Positions 56,026-64,000 of a DNA stretch of 64,000 nucleotides are shown one piece after another; the stretch's first letter is position 1; each line of letters begins with the position of its first letter. The DNA is from a virus. Position numbers and translations under genes: made by a program. The notes beneath the pieces are model-generated. The model saw only the letters and a program-made list of their open reading frames with translations, searched no databases and was not told the DNA's origin. The stretch lies in IMG/VR virus record IMGVR_UViG_3300028844_004984. One strand, 5' to 3'.

Positions 56026-57189
56026 ATGGCAGTAAATATTCCGATATGGCCAGGTTCATCATCGTTTTCGGAGGGTAGTACTCCATTTGGACACTACGAT
56101 ACTGATAATGAGTTCACATCATCAGCAGATAAGACTGCCGGTTGGTGCGCCAAACGTTTGGGGTATCCTATAGTTGATATTGAACTACAAGATATCAATT
56201 TTTATGCCTGTTTCGAAGAAGCGGTTACCGAATACTCATCTCAAGTCAATCAATTTAACATTAGAGAGAATCTACTTAATATTCGTGGTAACTCCACTGG
56301 TTCAAATCTGAGCCAGACTGAGTTGAACGCAAATTTAGGTGGAATTGTATCTCTCGCAAAAGATTATGGTACTGAAGCGGGTAGTGGTGGTAGAGTAACA
56401 TACTACACTGGTTCGTTTGTAATGAAATCAGGACAACAGGTCTATGATTTGACAGATACGGATTCGGTATCATTTGAAAGTGGTACGCCTGGAGTTGATA
56501 CCATAGAGATTAAGAAAGTACTACACACAGCTCCACCTGCGATGGTTAGATATTTTGACCCATTTGTAGGAACTGGATTGGGTTCGCAGCAAATGATGGA
56601 TACTTTTGGTTGGGGTAACTACTCACCGGGTGTATCGTTTATGATGCAACCACTTTACGATGATTTGTTAAGATTGCAGGCGATTGAGTTCAACGATTTA
56701 GTTCGTAAATCTCAATATGGGTTTGATTTAAAGAATGATAAGATACGAATCTTCCCAATTCCACAATATGGTGATAGGGGTACAAAAGTTCATTTCCACT
56801 ACATATTAGACTCGGAGCGTAGAGACCCAGTAGTTTCGAGGTCTGTTGTATCTGATTACTCAAATGCGAAGTATGATAGAATGGAGTACAAACACATTAA
56901 TCATGTTGGTAAACGGTGGGTTGAGAAGTACACATTGGCACTTGCCAAAGAAATGTTGGGTGCGGTTAGAGCTAAATTTAGTTCAGTTCCAATCCCAAAT
57001 TCGGAAATAACATTAGATGGGGCAGATTTAAGAAGTGAAGCGGCATCGGAAAAAGAAATCTTAATTTCAGAATTGAGAGAAAACTTAGAAGCTACTTCTA
57101 GAAAAGCATTGTTACAAGCACAGCAAGAAGAATCAGAAGCGATGGAGCAGACTCTTAACAGAGTCCCTCGTGCAATATATATAGGATAA
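56026..57189 (+). CDS. Neck/head-tail adaptor protein (gp13-like)
   Basis: RLGYP.VDIEL; WV..Y.LAL.KE.LG..R.KF...P......LDG..L..EA..E. Confidence 0.8.
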   Translation: MAVNIPIWPGSSSFSEGSTPFGHYDTDNEFTSSADKTAGWCAKRLGYPIVDIELQDINFYACFEEAVTEYSSQVNQFNIRENLLNIRGNSTGSNLSQTELNANLGGIVSLAKDYGTEAGSGGRVTYYTGSFVMKSGQQVYDLTDTDSVSFESGTPGVDTIEIKKVLHTAPPAMVRYFDPFVGTGLGSQQMMDTFGWGNYSPGVSFMMQPLYDDLLRLQAIEFNDLVRKSQYGFDLKNDKIRIFPIPQYGDRGTKVHFHYILDSERRDPVVSRSVVSDYSNAKYDRMEYKHINHVGKRWVEKYTLALAKEMLGAVRAKFSSVPIPNSEITLDGADLRSEAASEKEILISELRENLEATSRKALLQAQQEESEAMEQTLNRVPRAIYIG

Positions 57190-57192
57190 GCT

Positions 57193-57720
57193 ATGGCACT
57201 ATTTGGTGGACAACGAGATGCGGCATTCTTCAGTAAAGTAAATAAAGAGTTAATTAATGATATAATCGACACTGAAATTTACTACTATAAGATTATATTG
57301 CAAGATTCTAAGAGAAATATCTATGGTGAGGGTAAGGATAAGGTATACTACAATCCACTTAAAATTCCAACTTTGGTAGATAGAACTAATGCAGAGCAGA
57401 TTTTTGATGAATTTGGTTCATCGTACACAAGAAACGTTAACTTTTACTTTTTGAGAGATACATTGGTTGAAAAAAACATATTTCCTGAGGTTGGTGATGT
57501 CATTGAGTGGAATGATGAGCAACATATCGTTGATGTAACATTTACAAATCAGTTCTTCGCCGGTAAGAATCCTGAAACTTGGGATGGTGGAAACACACAA
57601 GGATACAACGTATCGGTAGTTTGTGAAACTCATGTCGCAAAACGTACTCAGTTGAAGTTAAGAGATGATTTTAGAGTTGGTAACAACAATAGTAACAACG
57701 ATTTACCAGTAGGAATCTAA
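57193..57720 (+). CDS. Neck/head-closure protein (gp14-like)
   Basis: N.YGE, FG, PEVGDVI motifs; position after gp13-like gene. Confidence 0.65.
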   Translation: MALFGGQRDAAFFSKVNKELINDIIDTEIYYYKIILQDSKRNIYGEGKDKVYYNPLKIPTLVDRTNAEQIFDEFGSSYTRNVNFYFLRDTLVEKNIFPEVGDVIEWNDEQHIVDVTFTNQFFAGKNPETWDGGNTQGYNVSVVCETHVAKRTQLKLRDDFRVGNNNSNNDLPVGI

Positions 57721-57721
57721 G

Positions 57722-58525
57722 ATGGCACAGCGATATAGACAAAATAGAGATGAAAAAATTGATTTGAAGAGAACTCAGAGTTCATTTTCGGATGACCCTA
57801 AGTTGAACAAAGCAAGGCAAGTATCTCGTCGTAACGATGATGTTAAGAATGTATCGATTGGTATCTATGATATTGATTTGGCATTCAAAGATTTCTTAGA
57901 AAAGGATGTAAAACCAACGATTGAAGAAAGTGGTAAGTTTATACCAGTTCCAGTTGTATATGCATCGCCTGAAAATTGGGCATCTGCTCAAAAGGATGGA
58001 TTTATGAGAGATGCTAATGGTAAAGTACAAACACCATTAATTTCATTTAAGAGAAATTCGTTGGATGTGAACACAGAATACTCAAAACTAAAGGTACTTA
58101 CCGATAGTGATACCTCACAAACGTTTGTTAGGAAGTATACACACGAAAATCGGTATGATGCGTTCTCACAACTTATAGGTCAGAAGCCGGTTGATGAAAA
58201 ATACATTGTAGATAGACCAGATTATGTAAATATCCAATATGATGTGATAGTGTGGTGTGATTTTATGGAAGATTTAAACAAATTGGTAGAACAAATCATA
58301 TATTTTCAAGGTGGGGCATTTGGGGATAGATATAAGTTTCAAATCAAAGGAGAATCTTACTCATTTGAAACTACAAATGGTGTAGGTGAGGAACGATTAG
58401 TCAGAAGTAACGTAACATTGACTACAAAAGCGTACATTGTGCCAGAAAACAGAGGAAATGTAATAAATACTCAAAAAGCATTTGGTACATCCAAGATTGT
58501 TTGGAATTTAAAGTCCAATATTTAA
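57722..58525 (+). CDS. Tail terminator / sheath stabiliser (gp15-like)
   Basis: VPVVYA.PE.W, P.ISF.R, P.YV.I.Y...VW...M.DLN.LVEQI. Confidence 0.7.
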   Translation: MAQRYRQNRDEKIDLKRTQSSFSDDPKLNKARQVSRRNDDVKNVSIGIYDIDLAFKDFLEKDVKPTIEESGKFIPVPVVYASPENWASAQKDGFMRDANGKVQTPLISFKRNSLDVNTEYSKLKVLTDSDTSQTFVRKYTHENRYDAFSQLIGQKPVDEKYIVDRPDYVNIQYDVIVWCDFMEDLNKLVEQIIYFQGGAFGDRYKFQIKGESYSFETTNGVGEERLVRSNVTLTTKAYIVPENRGNVINTQKAFGTSKIVWNLKSNI

Positions 58526-58545
58526 TCTTTGATAAAAAAATATCA

Positions 58546-58553
58546 TATTTATA
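58546..58553 (+). promoter_or_regulatory. Putative late promoter TATTTATA
   Basis: Upstream of ATG 58584. Confidence 0.7.
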
Positions 58554-58583
58554 TACTGGAACAATTAAATAATTTAAAAAGTT

Positions 58584-58883
58584 ATGGCAGACGTTAAAAA
58601 TGTAAACGAAACAGAAGTAATCAGTATCGAATCAAAAGATATTGATAGAATTAAAAAATTCAGAACAGAATATACTGATATTGTAAGCCGGTTGGGTGAG
58701 GTAGAAGCTGAAATGTTAAATGCTGAAATGGTTTTAGAAAACATTAAAGCAATAAAAAACAATTTATCGGATTCTTTCAGAACGCTAAGGTTAGATGAAA
58801 AAAATCTAACAGAGGATTTTCAGAAAAAATATGGTAATGGGGAATTTAACATAGAAGATGGTACTTTCATTCCTACCAAATAA
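58584..58883 (+). CDS. Small coiled-coil hypothetical protein
   Basis: LGEVE...KYG.G.FN..DG.F.P; prefoldin-like pattern. Confidence 0.6.
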   Translation: MADVKNVNETEVISIESKDIDRIKKFRTEYTDIVSRLGEVEAEMLNAEMVLENIKAIKNNLSDSFRTLRLDEKNLTEDFQKKYGNGEFNIEDGTFIPTK

Positions 58884-58909
58884 ATATAATCGTTTTGAGT
58901 TTTTTGATG

Positions 58910-58917
58910 TATTTATA
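58910..58917 (+). promoter_or_regulatory. Putative late promoter TATTTATA
   Basis: Followed by AGGAG at 58946 and ATG 58957. Confidence 0.7.
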
Positions 58918-58956
58918 GATATACTAAAAACTAAAAGAAATCAATAGGAGAATCAA

Positions 58957-61317
58957 ATGGCAGAAAGAATAGTAAGTCCTGGCGTATTTACGAGAGAAAA
59001 GGACTTGTCATTTCTACCTCAAGGGATTGGTGAGATTGGCGCAGCGTTAATCGGTTCAACAGTTAAGGGACCGGCGTTTGTACCAACACAAGTAGAATCT
59101 TTTCAAGAGTTTCAACAAGTATTCGGTGGATTGACAGAAGATTCATATCTACCATATACCGCACAAGCTTATTTGGAAGATGCAGGAACTGCAACAATCG
59201 TTAGGGTATTAGGGCAAGATGGATACACTCTTGAAAATCCAGTGGCATTAACAGTATCATCATCGCATGGTAGTAAAGTAGTAGCAGTACTACATCCAAC
59301 AAATCAAATCACATCCGATACAGATGTGTTTGATGAAACTTTAATAGTAGACCACTTAGGGTCATCTGATGTAAGTGCATCACTATTTACACTAACATTA
59401 TCAGGTTCTGAAGCAGCTGATACTGATTTTTCAGCATCTTTGAATCCAACAAATGATAACTACTTCACTAAGCTATTTGGATTCGGACCAAGAGGTGGTG
59501 AAGAGGCATACGTTTACTCAAACTTCAAAACATTCCAATCAGCATCATTTGCAACTGGTGAAATTCCTGTAGTAACATTGGATGTTGCTAAAGATATTGA
59601 TTACACAAAAGCATATTCTGAGGCAAATACACCTTGGATTACATCACAAAAAGTTGGTGGAAACACAACAAACTTAATTAAGTTCCATACGCTATCACAT
59701 GGTACTGCAACTAACTATGAATTCAAAATTGGTATTCAGGATATTAAAGCAGCAGGTACTGTTGCGGGTTCTGAGTATGGTTCATTCTCAGTAGTTGTGA
59801 GAAGAGTAGACCAGGATAAAATAAATGGAACTCCATTTGTTGGGGTTGTTGATTCTGATATCAGACCTAACTTGATTGAAACATTCCAAAATGTAAATTT
59901 GGATCCTGATTCACCAAACTACATTGCTAGAGTAATTGGAGATAAGTACATCACTGTTGATGCTAATGGTAAATTATCAACCAATGGTGACTATCCAAAC
60001 AATTCAGCAAATGTTAGAGTTGAGGTTTCATCAGTTGTTGCTAACAAAGGTATTGACCAATCATTAGTTCCATTTGGATTTGCTAAATTACAGAACCCAT
60101 TCGGAACTGCATTTGCACTGCCAAACCCAACATATGTTGTATCACAATCAATCAATGAATCTTACAACGATAAGGCGTTTTTAGGTTATAATTTTGATTT
60201 CGCAACAACAGATAACTTAAATTTCTTATTACCAACACCAGATTCCGCAACTGCGACTGTAGGTGATGCATTCTACTTAGGAGATTGTCATGATAACACA
60301 GCAAACGCAGCCGTAGCATTGACTGGTACATTAAGTTCTAAAAAGTTCTTAGTACCCTTCCAAGGTGGTTTTGATGGATTTAAACCATCTAGAACTGTAT
60401 CGTTGGGTAACGATATTTTAGCAGGAAATTCACAAGGATATGATTTATCATCCAATACAGCGACTGGTACTGTAGCATACAGAAAAGCAATAAATGCTGT
60501 ATCTAATCCTGATGAATTTGATATTAATATGCTAGTTATTCCAGGCGCTATCCACAGATTACACTCTTCAGTAACAACATTTGCTAAAGATATGTGTGAG
60601 GATAGACAAGATACATTCTTCGTAATGGATTCAGCAGCGTATGGGGATAGTATTTCAACTACTACTAACACTGTTCAATCATTTGATTCGAACTATGTAG
60701 CTACATACTACCCTTGGGTTAAAATATTGAACACAGATAAGAATAAGCCGGTATGGGTTCCACCATCTGTAGTACTTCCGGGTGTTATAGCATTTAATGA
60801 CCAGGTTGCCGCTGAATGGTTTGCACCTGCTGGATTAAACAGAGGTGGGTTAACTTCAGTAATTGAAGCTAAAACCCGTTTGACTAGAACTGAAAGAGAT
60901 GATTTGTATGAGGGTAGAGTTAATCCAATCGCAACGTTCCCTGGTCAAGGTGTAACGGTATTTGGACAAAAAACACTACAGGCAAAACCATCGGCATTGG
61001 ATAGAATCAATGTAAGAAGATTGATGATTGCAGTGAAGAAGTTCATCGCATCTTCAACTCGTTACTTGGTGTTCGAAAACAATACAGCAGCTACGAGAAA
61101 TAGATTCTTATCAATCGTTAATCCTTACTTAGAATCAATCCAACAAAGGCAAGGTTTGTACGCATTCCGTGTGGTGATGGATGAGACTAACAATACACCG
61201 GATGTGATTGATAGAAACATTATGGTTGGTGAGATTTTCCTACAACCAGCGAAGACTGCAGAATTTATAGTTCTTGACTTTAATGTATTACCAACTGGGG
61301 CAGCGTTTCCAGAGTAA
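58957..61317 (+). CDS. Tail sheath protein (gp18-like)
   Basis: SPGVFTREKD, WFAPAG.NRG, RINVRRL, FENN, P.KTAEFI. Confidence 0.95.
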   Translation: MAERIVSPGVFTREKDLSFLPQGIGEIGAALIGSTVKGPAFVPTQVESFQEFQQVFGGLTEDSYLPYTAQAYLEDAGTATIVRVLGQDGYTLENPVALTVSSSHGSKVVAVLHPTNQITSDTDVFDETLIVDHLGSSDVSASLFTLTLSGSEAADTDFSASLNPTNDNYFTKLFGFGPRGGEEAYVYSNFKTFQSASFATGEIPVVTLDVAKDIDYTKAYSEANTPWITSQKVGGNTTNLIKFHTLSHGTATNYEFKIGIQDIKAAGTVAGSEYGSFSVVVRRVDQDKINGTPFVGVVDSDIRPNLIETFQNVNLDPDSPNYIARVIGDKYITVDANGKLSTNGDYPNNSANVRVEVSSVVANKGIDQSLVPFGFAKLQNPFGTAFALPNPTYVVSQSINESYNDKAFLGYNFDFATTDNLNFLLPTPDSATATVGDAFYLGDCHDNTANAAVALTGTLSSKKFLVPFQGGFDGFKPSRTVSLGNDILAGNSQGYDLSSNTATGTVAYRKAINAVSNPDEFDINMLVIPGAIHRLHSSVTTFAKDMCEDRQDTFFVMDSAAYGDSISTTTNTVQSFDSNYVATYYPWVKILNTDKNKPVWVPPSVVLPGVIAFNDQVAAEWFAPAGLNRGGLTSVIEAKTRLTRTERDDLYEGRVNPIATFPGQGVTVFGQKTLQAKPSALDRINVRRLMIAVKKFIASSTRYLVFENNTAATRNRFLSIVNPYLESIQQRQGLYAFRVVMDETNNTPDVIDRNIMVGEIFLQPAKTAEFIVLDFNVLPTGAAFPE

Positions 61318-61329
61318 TACGATGAGATA

Positions 61330-61372
61330 ATTTAGTTCCTCCGTTTTTTTCGGGGGAACTAAATACTTTTTT
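61330..61372 (+). terminator. Hairpin / terminator between sheath and tube
   Basis: ATTTAGTTCCTCCG-T7-CGGGGGAACTAAAT (14 bp) then ACTTTTTT. Confidence 0.7.
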
Positions 61373-61383
61373 GGAAAGAACTA

Positions 61384-61391
61384 TATTTATA
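61384..61391 (+). promoter_or_regulatory. Putative late promoter TATTTATA
   Basis: Upstream of tail tube ATG 61420. Confidence 0.7.
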
Positions 61392-61419
61392 ATAAAGAAA
61401 AAATAACGGAGTAGTATAA

Positions 61420-61908
61420 ATGGCACAATTATTAGACCCAACTGAAGTAATGTTCACATCATTCGAACCGAAGATGTCGAACCGCTTTATTATGTATGTA
61501 GAAGGAATTCCGGCATATTTAATTAAAGCAGCCAACAGACCTGAGATAACCAATGGTAAAGTTACCGTTGACCATATCAATGTAAGACGATATGTAAAAG
61601 GAAGAAGTGAGTGGAGTGATTTGAGTATTTCATTATACGACCCAGTAGTTCCATCAGCAGCGCAAGCAGCAATGGAGTGGGTAAGACTACACCACGAATC
61701 GGTAACTGGTCGTGATGGATACTCTGATTTCTACAAAAAAGATATCACATTCAATAGTTTGGGTCCTGTTGGTGATAAAGTAGAAGAGTGGACACTTAAA
61801 GGAGCTTACATTCAGACAGCAAAATTCTCAGATATGGATTACACTGGTGAAGATTTAGCAACCGTAGATTTAACACTTACATACGATTACGCAATACTAC
61901 AATACTAA
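61420..61908 (+). CDS. Tail tube protein (gp19-like)
   Basis: EPK..NRF, W..I...LYDP, W, YKKD, LGP.G..VEEW.L.GA, LTLTYD; follows sheath. Confidence 0.9.
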   Translation: MAQLLDPTEVMFTSFEPKMSNRFIMYVEGIPAYLIKAANRPEITNGKVTVDHINVRRYVKGRSEWSDLSISLYDPVVPSAAQAAMEWVRLHHESVTGRDGYSDFYKKDITFNSLGPVGDKVEEWTLKGAYIQTAKFSDMDYTGEDLATVDLTLTYDYAILQY

Positions 61909-61940
61909 TTCGGATTGTAATAAATACAAATTGGTAATTG

Positions 61941-61970
61941 AAAGTCCTCAGCATTTTGTTGGGGATTTTT
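61941..61970 (+). terminator. Intrinsic terminator after tail tube
   Basis: AAAGTCCTCAGCA-TTT-TGTTGGGGATTTT with G-U pairs. Confidence 0.65.
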
Positions 61971-61992
61971 CATTTATAAAGTAATAGTTACA

Positions 61993-62000
61993 TATTTATA
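61993..62000 (+). promoter_or_regulatory. Putative late promoter TATTTATA
   Basis: Upstream of ATG 62042. Confidence 0.7.
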
Positions 62001-62041
62001 TATGGTTAACAAATATAGTTTTAAAACAAAAGAGTAATGTT

Positions 62042-62929
62042 ATGAGCGAAGAAAAGCAATTACAAGATGAGTACACCGCACCAGCATCCAATAAGGATAT
62101 GGTGGAGATGGCTAAACAACAATACGAGCAACAGAAGGTAGTTGATTACAAATTTCCTACCGAAATAGTAGAGTTACCATCCAAAGGATTAATTTATCCA
62201 AAAGAAAGTCCGCTATCATCGGGCAAAGTGGAAATGAAATATATGACCGCAAAAGAAGAGGATATTCTAACAACACAATCATATATCAAAGATGGTTCAG
62301 TTTTAGACCGGCTATTCCAATCTCTTATTATTTCAAATGGTGAGGGTGTTCCAGTTAAATACGTTGATATTACAATGGGTGATAAAAACGCAGTAATGAT
62401 TGCGGCTAGAATTTTAGGTTATGGAAAGGATTACGAAGTTGAGATTGATGACCCAACCTCACCTGGTGATAAGCAAAAAGATGTTATTGATTTAACTCAA
62501 TTTGAAGCAGTTGAGTATGATGGTTCTAATCAAACAAAGTTACATAGTAACGAATTTGAGTTTGAATTACCACAATCTAAAAGAAAAGTAACATTTCAGG
62601 CATTAACAGAAAGTAAAGAACGTAAAATTAAGCATCAATTGGAAGATTCTAAAAAAGCGGCAAGACGTATGAAGGATACTACCGATAGACAACTTACAAC
62701 GAGATTAAAGAATACAATTACATCAATCGATGGTGAAACTGACCAGAAGATGATAAACGAATTTGTGGATAACGAACTATTTGCGGTGGATTCAAGAGCC
62801 CTCAGAGCGCATATAAACACAGTTGTTCCAGATATTGACTTAACATATGAATTTGTATCTGAGGAAACTGGGGAAAGGAGAGAAATGCTACTGCCGATGG
62901 ATTTAGGGTTTTTTTGGCCTCAATCCTAA
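62042..62929 (+). CDS. Baseplate hub assembly / tail assembly chaperone (gp26-like)
   Basis: VELPSKG..Y, YMTAKEEDIL, GD..A..IAARI.GYG..Y, ELP.S, ends GFFWP. Confidence 0.7.
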   Translation: MSEEKQLQDEYTAPASNKDMVEMAKQQYEQQKVVDYKFPTEIVELPSKGLIYPKESPLSSGKVEMKYMTAKEEDILTTQSYIKDGSVLDRLFQSLIISNGEGVPVKYVDITMGDKNAVMIAARILGYGKDYEVEIDDPTSPGDKQKDVIDLTQFEAVEYDGSNQTKLHSNEFEFELPQSKRKVTFQALTESKERKIKHQLEDSKKAARRMKDTTDRQLTTRLKNTITSIDGETDQKMINEFVDNELFAVDSRALRAHINTVVPDIDLTYEFVSEETGERREMLLPMDLGFFWPQS

Positions 62930-63122
62930 TTATAGAAAGCAGTTACATTCTCACATCTTTGATTTAATCTATCATGGAAATGGTGGATTTACTTGGAATG
63001 ATGTTTACAATATGCCTGTTTGGGCTAGAACATTTTACATCAGTAAAATTGTAGAGTTCAAAGAAGCTGAAAAGAAGGCATATGATAAGGAAATGAAAAA
63101 AGCAAAAGGTAAACGAAGATAA
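62907..63122 (+). CDS. gp51-like frame, probably reached by a +1/-2 shift from the upstream gene
   Basis: Open 71-codon frame GFFGLNPNYRKQLHSHIFDLIYHGNGGFTWNDVYNMPVWARTFY...; preceded by in-frame TAG; no start codon before ATG 63012. Confidence 0.65.
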   Translation, partial: GFFGLNPNYRKQLHSHIFDLIYHGNGGFTWNDVYNMPVWARTFYISKIVEFKEAEKKAYDKEMKKAKGKRR

Positions 63123-63157
63123 TAGAGATACCCAACAATTTTGTTGGGTATTTCTAT
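63122..63157 (+). terminator. 16-bp hairpin after the gp51-like frame
   Basis: ATAGAGATACCCAACA-ATTT-TGTTGGGTATTTCTAT. Confidence 0.7.
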
Positions 63158-63164
63158 ATTTATA
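63157..63164 (+). promoter_or_regulatory. Putative late promoter TATTTATA
   Basis: Abuts the hairpin; GGAG at 63180 and ATG 63192 follow. Confidence 0.65.
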
Positions 63165-63191
63165 CTATATACAACCAATGGAGTACCCAAT

Positions 63192-63422
63192 ATGGCGACA
63201 ATAAAAGAATCACAATTAAGGAAGATATTCAAAGAGTATGGAATATCCGATGGTGTGTTTGATATCTTTAACAAAAAAAGAAAGAAGTTAAAGAAGCAAC
63301 TGAAACAAACCAGAGATGATATAGAAGATACTATACAATCTGCACCAAAAGACCAACAAGCGAAACTAAAAGATTTGGCAAATGCGTTTGATAAAGCGTA
63401 TGATGCTGGTGTATTCAAATAA
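63192..63422 (+). CDS. Small hypothetical protein (start ATG 63192)
   Basis: MATIKESQLRKIFKEYGISDG...; GGAG SD. Confidence 0.6.
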   Translation: MATIKESQLRKIFKEYGISDGVFDIFNKKRKKLKKQLKQTRDDIEDTIQSAPKDQQAKLKDLANAFDKAYDAGVFK

Positions 63423-63432
63423 GACTCAATAA

Positions 63433-64000
63433 ATGGCGGATGATAAGAATAAAAGTTTAAAAGAGAGAAAAGCTCTTCTACAAGCTGAGTATGATTTCAC
63501 TCAGAAACTTATCGCTGCCGCTAACACTACAAGAGCACTATCTAATAAAGCTAATGAAAGTAAGACTGAGTTACTGACTCAACTTGCACAAGAGCAAGAT
63601 TTAAAAACTAAAATATCTAATATAGATGATGCAATTGAGACTATGCTCAAAGAGCAGGTTGAGAGAGGTGATGAGGTCAACCAACACTACATCAGCCAGT
63701 TAGAATCAATGAAAAAGATTTTACAAGATAAAGATAAAGAAAAAGAAATAGAAGAACAGCTGAATGGATTTCGTCAGGACGCAAACGATAATCTATACAC
63801 CAGTTTGGGTACGATGGGTGATATGCTTAAAGCAGGTACAGCTCTTGGTGCTGCTATGGCATTGTTTAAAGGATTAACCGAACAAGTCGGAGCGGCATTT
63901 CAAAATACAATCGGATTCGCATCAGAGTTAAACCAAACGTTGGGTTTGAATGGCGCGGAGGCGATGAGAATGGGATTCGAAAACTTATCACCATCGATTA
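63433..64000 (+). CDS. Probable tape measure protein, N-terminal part (3'-truncated; not in ORF track)
   Basis: MADDKNKSLKERKALLQAEYDF... open to the window end; helical A/L/E/K-rich then GTALGAAMALF; follows tube and chaperone genes. Confidence 0.65.
   Translation, partial: MADDKNKSLKERKALLQAEYDFTQKLIAAANTTRALSNKANESKTELLTQLAQEQDLKTKISNIDDAIETMLKEQVERGDEVNQHYISQLESMKKILQDKDKEKEIEEQLNGFRQDANDNLYTSLGTMGDMLKAGTALGAAMALFKGLTEQVGAAFQNTIGFASELNQTLGLNGAEAMRMGFENLSPSI

Noticed and set aside
1088-63164. Reading TATTTATA as T4-type TATAAATA promoters on the minus strand
   Set aside because: No credible minus-strand genes, and the motif sits consistently just upstream of + strand starts; antisense transcription cannot be fully excluded
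141-63418. All minus-strand ORFs and short nested plus-strand ORFs in the track
   Set aside because: They shadow long + strand genes, have antisense-type composition (F/S/L/I-rich), and show no recognisable motifs or independent signals
1-64000. Stop-codon reassignment, tRNA genes, CRISPR arrays, DGR or integrase
   Set aside because: The standard code gives full-length genes at high density; intergenic gaps are short with no cloverleaf or repeat-spacer pattern; no reverse transcriptase or recombinase seen

Overview
AT-rich, densely coding 64-kb segment of a large T4-like myovirus. Every credible gene is on the + strand. It holds most of the virion morphogenesis region, in this order: baseplate genes (spike C-terminus, gp25-, gp6- and gp7-like, LamG proteins); an inserted DNA-metabolism trio (T7 endonuclease I-like resolvase, primase, fused Mre11-Rad50); a long fibre-like protein; a block of probable capsid-internal polyproteins; large terminase, portal, prohead protease, ribosomal protein bS21, scaffold, major capsid protein and PhoH; a fibre cluster with an Rmt2-like methyltransferase; neck, tail terminator, sheath and tube; a gp26/gp51-like chaperone pair; and the start of a tape-measure-like gene. 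About 20 copies of a TATTTATA motif precede operons (candidate late promoter). Two TTTG-N20-TATATT(A/T)(G/A) elements resemble Bacteroidota housekeeping promoters and suggest a Bacteroidota host. Main leads: (1) phage bS21 next to SD-led late genes, possibly a ribosome switch that unmasks the anti-SD; (2) a probable +1/-2 recoding site at GGG TTT TTT TGG joining the gp26- and gp51-like frames; (3) protease-cleavable capsid-cargo polyproteins, one carrying HxGH nucleotidyltransferase plus ligase-fold domains; (4) a pervasive [ST]-[GAS]-S motif in virion-surface proteins. All calls come from motif recognition and gene order only; no searches were run.
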